From NCBI GenBank assembly GCA_964548445.1, contig CAZJRT010000001.1, positions 1-33,892 on the forward strand: a DNA stretch of 33,892 nucleotides, in the 5' to 3' direction. Below, piece after piece: positions 8,164 to 16,203 of the stretch (the first letter of the stretch is position 1; each line of letters begins with the position of its first letter). The stretch comes from an uncultured Pseudobdellovibrionaceae bacterium (GTDB taxonomy: Bacteria; Pseudomonadota; Alphaproteobacteria; Micavibrionales; Micavibrionaceae). The notes beneath the pieces are model-generated. The model saw only the letters and a program-made list of their open reading frames with translations, ran no database searches and was not told the DNA's origin. The position numbers were made by a program, and so were the translations under genes.

Positions 8164-8168
8164 AAATT
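8164..8168. repeat. Right copy of the putative 5-bp target-site duplication AAATT
   Basis: Identical to 5764-5768. Confidence 0.6.
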
Positions 8169-8192
8169 ATACCGACCGAATATTCTACATAC

Positions 8193-9539
8193 ATGAACCT
8201 TACTGATAAATTTATAGACTCACTTGACGAGCTGCGCAATACTCAGCTTTCTCCGTCCGTCCAACATCAGGCCAAGCGCTGCCTGCTGGACTATTTGGGG
8301 GCCACTTTTGCCGGCGCGCGAATGATACAGGACAAAGGCGAGAAATTGCTGGAATTCATGGGGGGAATGTCGAACGAGTCCTCGATCATTGGCTTCAACC
8401 GCAAAACCAGCCCCGCACAGGCCGCATTCATAAACGGCCTGAGTTCGCACGTCGCGGAATTGGACGATGGAGTGATTTCGGGCATCGTGCATCCCGGTTC
8501 ACCCGTCCTCTCCGCACTTCTTCCCGTTGCCGAAAAAGAACAGATAGAGGGCGGCGATCTGCTTAACGGTATTGTTCTCGGGTACGAAGCAACCACGCGT
8601 CTTGCAGACGCTATTCAACCATCCCATAAGAAACGCGGATACCATGCCACCGGAACCTGTGGAACCATTGGCGCAGCCCTTGGAATTGCCTCAATGCTTC
8701 GTCTCAACCGCCTGCAAATGAAAGCGGTCTTTTCATCGGCTGTCGTATCGGCCCAAGGCAGTCTCAAGGTACTGGAAGACGATTCTGAATTGAAACCGTA
8801 CAACGTGGCACAAGCGGCAGTCGGAGGCGTGCTCGCAGCATCAATGGGACGCGCCGGCTTTTCCGGGCCGAACGACGTGCTGTCAGGCGGCACCGGTTTT
8901 ATTTCCATGGTAGCGGACGCGTTCGATGCGGATCAGTTGGTGCCGAAAGAGGGCGCTGCCTTTGCGGTGGAACGGGTTTATGTCAAGCCGTATGCGGCCT
9001 GCCGTTATTGCCATCCGGCCATTGATGCGGTGCTTAACATGAGGACGGATCATTCCTTGCGTCCGGAAATGATTACATCCGTAAACGTAACCACCTATGC
9101 ATTGGCCGTGGCGAAGCACGATCATACGATGACTAACGGCATTTCTTCCGCCAAGATGAGTATTCCATACAGCGTTGCCGTCGCGTTGGTTGCCGGCCAG
9201 GCAGGGATAGAAGAGTATTCCGATGAATACATTGCAGACCCAGCCGTCGCAACTTTAGCCCGAAAGGTATGCGTTCAACCCGACGATGAACTGACCAGGC
9301 TTTTCCCACGATATAGCCCTGCAATAGTCGAGGTGACGACTCTCGACGGAAACCGCTATACTGAACGGATTGATTCACCAAGGGGCGAGGCCGCGTTTCC
9401 ACTCTCAGACCGTGAAATTGAAGAGAAGTGTGCAACGCTGGCAATGTATGGACAAAAATCGGAAGAGGAAAGCCGACAACTTGGGCAGGCAGTTTGGAAT
9501 CTGGAAAAAGATTTGCCCAGCTTATTTCAGTTGCTGTAA
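8193..9539 (+). CDS. MmgE/PrpD-family protein (2-methylcitrate-dehydratase-like)
   Basis: 448 aa. KRCLLDYLGATFAG...SSHVAELDD...GYHATGTCGTIGAA...KPYAACRYCHPAIDA is the typical PrpD-family pattern. Confidence 0.9.
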   Translation: MNLTDKFIDSLDELRNTQLSPSVQHQAKRCLLDYLGATFAGARMIQDKGEKLLEFMGGMSNESSIIGFNRKTSPAQAAFINGLSSHVAELDDGVISGIVHPGSPVLSALLPVAEKEQIEGGDLLNGIVLGYEATTRLADAIQPSHKKRGYHATGTCGTIGAALGIASMLRLNRLQMKAVFSSAVVSAQGSLKVLEDDSELKPYNVAQAAVGGVLAASMGRAGFSGPNDVLSGGTGFISMVADAFDADQLVPKEGAAFAVERVYVKPYAACRYCHPAIDAVLNMRTDHSLRPEMITSVNVTTYALAVAKHDHTMTNGISSAKMSIPYSVAVALVAGQAGIEEYSDEYIADPAVATLARKVCVQPDDELTRLFPRYSPAIVEVTTLDGNRYTERIDSPRGEAAFPLSDREIEEKCATLAMYGQKSEEESRQLGQAVWNLEKDLPSLFQLL

Positions 9540-9559
9540 ACCGATTGGAATATTTTATC

Positions 9560-10696
9560 ATGATCGATCAGAAACAATTCCTTAAACAGCTACAGGATGC
9601 GGGCGTGGATTTCATTACGGGCGTCCCCGATACGTTGCTCAATGACTTCTGCCTGCATGCGGCGTCGACATGGCCGGATGACAGTCATGTCATAGCGGCA
9701 AACGAAGGAAACGCCGTAGCACTGGCCGCCGGGCATCACCTCGGCACGGGAGGCATCCCGCTGGTGTACATGCAGAATTCGGGTCTGGGCAATGCAACCA
9801 ACCCCCTGCTGTCTCTGACCAACCGGGAAGTGTACTCGATCCCTATGGTCTTACTGATCGGCTGGCGCGGCGATCCGGAGGTTGCGGACCATCCCCAGCA
9901 TCAGAAACAGGGCCGGCTCACGATCCCCCTGCTGGAAGCAATGGAAATCCCGTTCAAAATTTTACGGGACGATGAGGCGGAAGCTTTTCAAGCAGCGCAG
10001 TGGGCAGTGGATACGGCTAGGGAACAAAGCGTACCAACAGCACTGGTGGTCAAAAAAGGTGTGCTTGCAAAACTCAAAAAAGATGAGAAACTGGAGGATT
10101 CGCCATACCCCATGACCCGCGAACAGGCCATCGAATGCGTTCTAGATTGCATTCCGCAGGACGCCATCTGCGTCGCCACGACCGGGCGGGCGACACGGGA
10201 ACTTCACGCCCTACGTGGCCTGAAGGGTATGGGCCACGAAAATGACTTTCTGAATGTCGGTGCCATGGGACACGCCTCGTCCATTGCCCTCGGAATCGCC
10301 CTGGCAAAGCCAAATCGCCTCGTCGTCTGCCTGGACGGCGATGCAGCGGCAATCATGCACCTCGGCGCCCTCACAACCACTGGAAAACTCAACCCGTCAA
10401 ACTTATTACATGTAGTGCTGAATAACGGTGCCCACGAATCCGTGGGCGGTCAGTTATCTGCGGGCTTTAACGCGAATCTGACGGCCATTGCCGAAAATAC
10501 GGATTTCAACACTCCCGGTCGGGCAATTGAAACTAAGCAGGAATTGGCCAAAGCAGTCAACGCTTTAGTCGCTTTAGAGAGGCCGGCGTTTGTTGAAGTG
10601 CGTATTCGGAAAGGAATTCGCCCCGACCTTCCGCCTCTGAAGATTATCCCAAAAGGGCTGAAGGGGCCGTTGATGAAAGATATTTGCGCACGTTAG
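9560..10696 (+). CDS. ThDP-dependent phosphonopyruvate decarboxylase-like enzyme (Ppd/AepY; ComDE family)
   Basis: ATG 9560 gives MIDQKQFLKQLQDAGVDFITGVPDTLLNDFC, a typical Ppd N-terminus. ThDP motif: LDGDAAAIMHLGAL...LNNGAHESVGGQ. The 378-aa length fits Ppd. The ORF-track extension back to 9428 overlaps the PrpD gene. Confidence 0.8.
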   Translation: MIDQKQFLKQLQDAGVDFITGVPDTLLNDFCLHAASTWPDDSHVIAANEGNAVALAAGHHLGTGGIPLVYMQNSGLGNATNPLLSLTNREVYSIPMVLLIGWRGDPEVADHPQHQKQGRLTIPLLEAMEIPFKILRDDEAEAFQAAQWAVDTAREQSVPTALVVKKGVLAKLKKDEKLEDSPYPMTREQAIECVLDCIPQDAICVATTGRATRELHALRGLKGMGHENDFLNVGAMGHASSIALGIALAKPNRLVVCLDGDAAAIMHLGALTTTGKLNPSNLLHVVLNNGAHESVGGQLSAGFNANLTAIAENTDFNTPGRAIETKQELAKAVNALVALERPAFVEVRIRKGIRPDLPPLKIIPKGLKGPLMKDICAR

Positions 10697-10753
10697 TCGG
10701 GCGAATCTTTCAACAATTTATTTATAAAATGTATTATCGAGGAGTTTGTGGCT

Positions 10754-12043
10754 GTGAAAAAATTATTAATGCTAAGTGGTGTAACTCAAATGTGTCAGAT
10801 TGTGGAGGATGCTCAGAAAAAAGGTATTTATGTTATCGTCACTGACTATCTGAAAGATTCGCCCGCGAAGCAGATTGCCGATGAAAGCCTTTCTCTCAGT
10901 ATTACGGACGTTGATGGCATTGTAGATTATTGCCGCGAAAACAATATAGATGGTGTGATGAACTATTGCATCGACCCTGGCCAGAAGCCATATCAGCAGA
11001 TATGTGAGAGGCTAAAACTCCCTTGTGTGGGAACTAAGGAACAGTTTGATGTCATGACGAACAAAGATGTATTTAAAGAGTGTTGTCAGCGCTACGGAGT
11101 GGGTGTTATTCAAAGCTATGATCTTGATGAGGATCTTAAAGCTTGTGATGTTGGAAGGCTAGAATTCCCTGTGCTTGTGAAGCCTGTTGACAGCAGGGCA
11201 TCAAAAGGGATTACGGTTTGTCGAAGCAAGGATGATTTGCCAGAGGCCATTTTAAATGCATTAAAGCATTCGAGCAGAAAGAAATTTTTGGTTGAAAAGT
11301 ATATACAGAGCGATGAAGTTTGCGCCAAGTACGTGGTGTGTGACGGCGAGCCGTATTTAACATCTATGGCCGATGTTTATGACTGCCTGACATCGAGCGG
11401 AGAGAGAGCGTATATTGGGAGTCAGACTTATCCGTCTAAACATTATTCTTTATTTCTAAAGGAGACGGATGGGAAGTTGCGCGAGATGATCCGTGGCCTT
11501 GGTATAAAAAATGGCGTTCTTTCATTTACAGGCTTTCTTGATAGCGAGATGTTTCGTTTTTTTGATCCTTCTTTTCGGATGGGTGGTGCGCAAGATTGGC
11601 TTCTTGTCGCCGCAATCAGTGGAGTAGATATATCCGCGTTGTTAACAAATTTTGCACTTACGGGAAAAATGGGGAAACAGCGAAAAATTGAAAATATCGA
11701 CAAGAAATTTTCAGAGAAATCATCGGCTCTTCTTTATTTTTTAGCTAAAGAGGGGCGAATTGGACAAATAAAAGGTATTGATATCGCGTCTAAGCATCCT
11801 TCCGTCATTGGATACCATGCCCCTCATCGAGAGGGTGACATTATTGTGCAAAAAGGAACTGTTGACCATGTCTTTGTGAGATTCCTCTTAGTTTGTGATG
11901 ATAATGAGCAGTTGAAGAAAAGCATTATAGAAATCCAAAGTTTGGTTTCGATAATTAATGAAAACGGCGAAAATATGGGGCTTCCTTTGTTTGATCCAGG
12001 AAATCTTGTGAAGAGTTGTTGTTTGAATGTAATTGACAGATGA
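10754..12043 (+). CDS. ATP-grasp domain ligase
   Basis: PVLVKPVDSRASKGITVCRS and LVEKYIQSDE are ATP-grasp motifs, preceded by an N-terminal pre-ATP-grasp Rossmann-like region. GTG 10754 lies 9 nt after GGAG. GTG 10748 is also possible. Confidence 0.8.
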   Translation: MKKLLMLSGVTQMCQIVEDAQKKGIYVIVTDYLKDSPAKQIADESLSLSITDVDGIVDYCRENNIDGVMNYCIDPGQKPYQQICERLKLPCVGTKEQFDVMTNKDVFKECCQRYGVGVIQSYDLDEDLKACDVGRLEFPVLVKPVDSRASKGITVCRSKDDLPEAILNALKHSSRKKFLVEKYIQSDEVCAKYVVCDGEPYLTSMADVYDCLTSSGERAYIGSQTYPSKHYSLFLKETDGKLREMIRGLGIKNGVLSFTGFLDSEMFRFFDPSFRMGGAQDWLLVAAISGVDISALLTNFALTGKMGKQRKIENIDKKFSEKSSALLYFLAKEGRIGQIKGIDIASKHPSVIGYHAPHREGDIIVQKGTVDHVFVRFLLVCDDNEQLKKSIIEIQSLVSIINENGENMGLPLFDPGNLVKSCCLNVIDR

Positions 12044-12053
12044 GGATTATTAA

Positions 12054-12554
12054 TTGAAATCCACATGCACTCCAATTTCCGAAGATGTCGCAGGACAGTT
12101 TGTTCAGGGAGAGATAATACTGCTTTCGGGCTGGATTTTTACCGGGCGGGATGCGGTGCTGCCGAAGCTGGTTCGTCTGATTGAATCCGGCGGGCTGGCC
12201 GATGCCGGCATTGATCTTCAAGGCGCGGTGATTTTCCATACCGCCGTCAGTCCGGCCGGTGTCGGCCCGACCTCCAGCAACAAGCATGACATTGAAAGTA
12301 CGATTCCCGCTCTTTCCAAAGCCGGGGTAAAAATCCATCTGGGGAAAGGCAAACTCAGCGCTCAAACGATTGCGGCACTGAAAGAACACAATTCCATTTT
12401 TGCGGTGATACCTCCCGTGACGGCATTACTTGAAAGCAAAATCATTGAACGCAAAGTCGCCGCTTTTCCTGAAGAGGGCATGGAAGCGCTGCACCTGATC
12501 AAGGTCAAAGACTTCCCCTGCATCCTCGCCGCCGCACATGGAGAAAGCCTTTAA
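12054..12554 (+). CDS. Fe-S hydro-lyase beta-type subunit (TtdB / class-I fumarate hydratase C-terminal domain)
   Basis: TTG start lies 7 nt after GAGGA. It aligns along its length with remembered E. coli TtdB. Shared strings: GAVIFHTA, VGPTSS, HLGKGKL and EALHLIKVKDFPCILAAAHGESL. Confidence 0.85.
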   Translation: MKSTCTPISEDVAGQFVQGEIILLSGWIFTGRDAVLPKLVRLIESGGLADAGIDLQGAVIFHTAVSPAGVGPTSSNKHDIESTIPALSKAGVKIHLGKGKLSAQTIAALKEHNSIFAVIPPVTALLESKIIERKVAAFPEEGMEALHLIKVKDFPCILAAAHGESL

Positions 12555-12667
12555 ATTTAGCCACAAAAAACACAAAAAGGGCTAAAAATGAACCCAACAT
12601 CAATTATTTCTCAAAGTGGGCGGCACAGAGTTGGTGAGTTCGGAAGTTGAGGAGTAAGGGCGCAAGA

Positions 12668-14023
12668 ATGACGGAGCAAGAGTTACAGTTTATGTTGTCT
12701 GAAGGCGAGGGTCTCTTTGTTGAGTTCAAGGAGAGGCCGGACAAATCTCTTGCCCGGGAGATGTCAGCATTTGCCAATGCATCTGGAGGCAAGATTTTTA
12801 TCGGTGTATCGGATGATTCTCAACCGATTGGTATTCAGATCGACAATCGCCTTAAATCACAGATTCACAATACGGCGCGAAACTGCGACCCTCCCATTGC
12901 AGTCAAGTTGGCCACCGCAGACCAGGTTTTGGTTGTTGAAGTCCCGGAGAGCCCGAACAAACCGCACGCCTGTTCCGACGGTTTTTTCATGCGGATCGGA
13001 GCGAACTCTCAGAAGCTGAGCCGTGATGAGATTTTTTCCATGGGGATTTGCTCAGGACGGCTGCGCTTTGATGAGCAAATCTGCGGAGCGTTCGACTGTT
13101 CGTCAGATCTTGATGAGGAGAAGGTTTCTGCATATCTCCGTGCGGCGGGATTGAACGCAACGCTGCCTTTGGAGGAAATACTGGCTAATCTGGAGCTGTC
13201 CCATTCGGCAAGCGGAAAGCCGGTGATGACGAACGCCGGAGTTCTCCTGTTCGCAAAAAATCCCGCATATTTTCTTAAAAGCTCACCGGTTGTCTGTGCC
13301 GTTTATCAAGGGGAAGATAAGGTGCAGATTCTGGACCGTAAGATTTTTAATGATGGGTTGATCGGGAATATCGATGCCGCTGTGATGTATCTCAAGCGTC
13401 ATGTGAATGTTCGCTTTGAGATTCGTTCGCTACGGCGGGAGGAAATTCCCCAATATCCGGAGGCTGCTTTTCGCGAAGCCATCGTCAACGCGGTGATGCA
13501 CCGGGATTACTTTGATGCATCGGGCGATATCATGGTGGAGGTTTTTCAGAACCGGTTGACTGTTTCCAATCCGGGAGGACTCGTCCCGTGGCTCCCGCCG
13601 GAGGATTTCGGGAAATACAGCCGAACCCGAAACCGGCTGATCGCCTCTCTGCTCATGCGCACGCAGCAGGCAGAAAAAATGGGAACCGGGATTCGCCGGA
13701 TTCAGCAGGCATTGAAAACGGCGGGCAATCCCCCCGCAGAATTCGATTATGACAACTATAATTTTTCCGTTACACTGTTTTCCACTCTGCGTCCAGAGCA
13801 GGGTGGCACATTAAATGGCACATTAAATGGCACATTAAATGGCACATTAAATGAACGAATCAGTACGCTGATCAAAAAACAGCCGGGCATTCAGCGCAAA
13901 GAGCTTATTGAGCAGACCGGGGCCTCGGTCAGGACGGTTGCCAGAGTTATTTCAGAGTTACTTTCCGGTGGCGAAATCGAACACCGTGGCAGCAAAAAAA
14001 CAGGAGGCTATTGGCCTTTATGA
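12668..14023 (+). CDS. AlbA_2/Schlafen-type (divergent AAA_4) plus HATPase_c_4-like plus C-terminal winged-helix protein (RecG-like putative regulator)
   Basis: EGEGLFVEFKER...EMSAFANASGGKIFIGVSDD is the AlbA_2 signature. REAIVNAVMHRDY...NPGGL is the ATPase-like module. The C-terminal KELIEQTGASVRTVARVISELL looks like a wHTH. ATG 12668 is preferred. Confidence 0.8.
   Translation: MTEQELQFMLSEGEGLFVEFKERPDKSLAREMSAFANASGGKIFIGVSDDSQPIGIQIDNRLKSQIHNTARNCDPPIAVKLATADQVLVVEVPESPNKPHACSDGFFMRIGANSQKLSRDEIFSMGICSGRLRFDEQICGAFDCSSDLDEEKVSAYLRAAGLNATLPLEEILANLELSHSASGKPVMTNAGVLLFAKNPAYFLKSSPVVCAVYQGEDKVQILDRKIFNDGLIGNIDAAVMYLKRHVNVRFEIRSLRREEIPQYPEAAFREAIVNAVMHRDYFDASGDIMVEVFQNRLTVSNPGGLVPWLPPEDFGKYSRTRNRLIASLLMRTQQAEKMGTGIRRIQQALKTAGNPPAEFDYDNYNFSVTLFSTLRPEQGGTLNGTLNGTLNGTLNERISTLIKKQPGIQRKELIEQTGASVRTVARVISELLSGGEIEHRGSKKTGGYWPL
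13805..13852 (+). repeat. Perfect 12-bp tandem repeat x4 (GGCACATTAAAT), encoding (GTLN)4
   Basis: Four identical head-to-tail units read directly. They are in frame, in the linker before the C-terminal wHTH of the AlbA_2 protein. Confidence 0.95.
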
Positions 14024-14898
14024 CCACCCAGTCCCCAAAACCCAGAAACCCCATGAAAAACATTGAATCCAAAGTAAAAGCTGCGGTAATCCAAGCTTCC
14101 ACGGTCTTTTCCGACGATAAGAAAGCTGTGCTGCGCGAAGCAATCGAAATCGAAACCAACCCTAACGCCCGATGGGTGCTGGAACAGACGCTTGAAAACG
14201 CCGAGATCGCAGAAAGAACCGGACACGCCACCTGCGACGACACCGGCATCCCGCACACCCTGCTCGAAGTCGGTGGCAACCATTCAGTCAGCGCCGAACT
14301 GCTCGCGGCGATCGAACAAGGTATCTGCGAGGGCATGCGCGCCTTGCCCTGTCGTCCAATGGCGGTCAAGGGAGACGACGTCCAGCGACTGGAGCAATCC
14401 GCCGGACTCGACGACGATCCGGGCGCTCTGGCGCTTGCACCGATTCGGATCAAGCGTGTAGACGACGACGTTCTTCGCCTGCATATCCTGATGCAGGGCG
14501 GCGGTCCTGAGATTCGCGGCAAGACATATCGGGTCTTCCACCAGCACAAGCTTTCGGTCATCATCGACGAAATCGTAACCTGGGCAATCGAAGCCGCCGG
14601 ACTGCTGGGTTGCACCCCATGCGCCCCCGCCATTGGAATCGGCCGCACGCATTTTGAAGCTGCCTCGCTCATGCTCGATGCCATGATCCACGGAAGGTTC
14701 GACATCCAGAACGATATCGAACGCGAGATAACCCGGCGCATCAACGAAACCAACATCGGCCCGCTCGGACTGGGCGGCGACACCACCGCAATGGCCACCT
14801 TTCTCAAGGTCGGCCCGCAACGCGCCAGCGGCGTACGCATCGCCTGCCTGCGCCTTTGTTGCAGCGTGGAACCCCGTGTGGCCAGCGTCGAGCTTTAG
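14020..14898 (+). CDS. Fe-S hydro-lyase alpha-type subunit (TtdA / class-I fumarate hydratase N-terminal domain)
   Basis: ATCDDTGIPH corresponds to CQDTG, LMQGGGPE to the GGG motif, and GCTPCAPAIGIGRT to CPPxxVGVGI. The C-terminal RIACLRLCC supplies further Cys ligand candidates. ATG 14020 overlaps the upstream TGA (ATGA), and AGGAGG lies at 14002-14007. Confidence 0.85.
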   Translation: MTTQSPKPRNPMKNIESKVKAAVIQASTVFSDDKKAVLREAIEIETNPNARWVLEQTLENAEIAERTGHATCDDTGIPHTLLEVGGNHSVSAELLAAIEQGICEGMRALPCRPMAVKGDDVQRLEQSAGLDDDPGALALAPIRIKRVDDDVLRLHILMQGGGPEIRGKTYRVFHQHKLSVIIDEIVTWAIEAAGLLGCTPCAPAIGIGRTHFEAASLMLDAMIHGRFDIQNDIEREITRRINETNIGPLGLGGDTTAMATFLKVGPQRASGVRIACLRLCCSVEPRVASVEL

Positions 14899-14943
14899 TA
14901 ACATATTTTGGGCCAAATATATATTTTCCGGGAACATCACATT

Positions 14944-16197
14944 ATGAATAGCGACAAAGGACAACCAAGTGATTGCACAGCCGAAGTGAAGCTACCGGCA
15001 TCTGCATTAGAGATCACTCAAGGTCGAGACTCAGAGGATGCATGCGTAAAACCGAAAACACCACGTCGGAAGAAAACAGTCGTTCATGTTCACAATTATT
15101 ATGCGTTCATAGGTGGTACCGAGAAGTTTGAATGCGATTGCTTTGACAACATCACCATCATTATTCAGAACAGCAAACCCTATAGCGGTCCAGTGAATTC
15201 TAAAACCCATGTATTTACTGCCGCAGAAATAAAAAAAATAGTTAAGCTGTGCGAGCAAGCGGATCTAGTTGTGCTCTATGCGCTTGATGGGATCAAGGTT
15301 CGGCTGGCGCTTATGCTCCCTAATCGGGTGAAGATTGCCTGGCGTTTCTTTGGCTTTGAGTTGTATGGCAAACTAAGTGATCTTGTTTATAGCAAAAGAT
15401 CATTGCAGTATCGAACAGATACCAAGACAAATTGGTTAAAACGATCTAAGCAGATGCTGCGTAGAAATTATGCCCGGGTACGTTATGGAGCTTCTGGTCC
15501 AAAAGCATTAGAGCAGGCCATAAATCGGACAGATCTCATGCTGGGGCTGAGTGACGAGGAATACCAGATGCTCAAACAGCACTGGCCCAACCTGCCTGCC
15601 TTCGTTAGGCTTCCACCCCGACGGCTGGAGCCAAAGCAGGTGTCACTTTCGACCAATGATGAATCATCGAACAAGAAGCCAACGATTGTGCTAGGAAACA
15701 ACCGGAGCATGTATAACAACCACCTCGACATCATTGACATGATAGAGGAAGTTGATAACAGGGCTAATTACAACTTTGTCCTGCTTTTTAACTACGGAGG
15801 CGAAGGCGCTTACACCGATGCTGTCCGTAAAGCGGTACAGGGAAAACCATACTACACCTTGATCGAAGAGTATATGCCTCGCGATGAATTTAAACGGTTT
15901 TATGAACAGATCGATGCCTTAGTCATCAACGGCTATCGCCAGATGGCCGGTGCCAACATCATCGAGGCATTGCAGAATGGCGCCAAGGTTTACCTGAACG
16001 ATAAGAATGTATACCTTCAGAAGCTACGCAACGAGGGATTGATGGTCTTTACCATAACCGATCTCGAAAACGATCTCACAAACGGCACGGTGAAATTGGA
16101 TCAGGAAAGTGCCGAGAAGAACATGACCCGACTGATCGAACGCTCGAATGAATATCCTATTGATGTCTTCCAAGAGCGGATCTACAAGCTGTGTTGA
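14944..16197 (+). CDS. WecF-like glycosyltransferase (GT56, 4-amino-6-deoxyhexose transferase family)
   Basis: Segments align with remembered E. coli WecF: KIAWRFFGFELYG with FFWHIWGADLY, KPTIVLGNNRSMYNNHLDII with MTILVGNSGDRSNEHIAAL, and ALVINGYRQMAGANIIEALQNGAKVYL with [26 protein letters not shown]. It carries an N-terminal extension of about 40 aa. Confidence 0.7.
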   Translation: MNSDKGQPSDCTAEVKLPASALEITQGRDSEDACVKPKTPRRKKTVVHVHNYYAFIGGTEKFECDCFDNITIIIQNSKPYSGPVNSKTHVFTAAEIKKIVKLCEQADLVVLYALDGIKVRLALMLPNRVKIAWRFFGFELYGKLSDLVYSKRSLQYRTDTKTNWLKRSKQMLRRNYARVRYGASGPKALEQAINRTDLMLGLSDEEYQMLKQHWPNLPAFVRLPPRRLEPKQVSLSTNDESSNKKPTIVLGNNRSMYNNHLDIIDMIEEVDNRANYNFVLLFNYGGEGAYTDAVRKAVQGKPYYTLIEEYMPRDEFKRFYEQIDALVINGYRQMAGANIIEALQNGAKVYLNDKNVYLQKLRNEGLMVFTITDLENDLTNGTVKLDQESAEKNMTRLIERSNEYPIDVFQERIYKLC

Positions 16198-16203
16198 TTT
16201 GAA

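Noticed and set aside
9428-9559. Upstream in-frame extension of the Ppd-like ORF, and likewise 4770-4814, 12647-12667, 14908-14943 and 23890-23988.
   Set aside because: The extensions overlap the preceding gene or lack homology. The conserved family N-termini begin at the internal starts chosen in the feature list.
12557-12587. TTTAGCC...GGCTAAA stem after the beta-subunit gene as an intrinsic terminator.
   Set aside because: It has a 17-nt A-rich loop, a short stem and no trailing T-run, so it is not a credible rho-independent terminator.
13947-14964. Long antisense ORFs (13947-14840, 297 aa; 14284-14964, 226 aa) opposite the alpha-subunit gene.
   Set aside because: They are Ala/Ser/Arg/Pro-rich, low-complexity translations opposite a + strand gene with clear TtdA-type motifs. 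This is the typical shadow-ORF artefact of GC-rich coding DNA.
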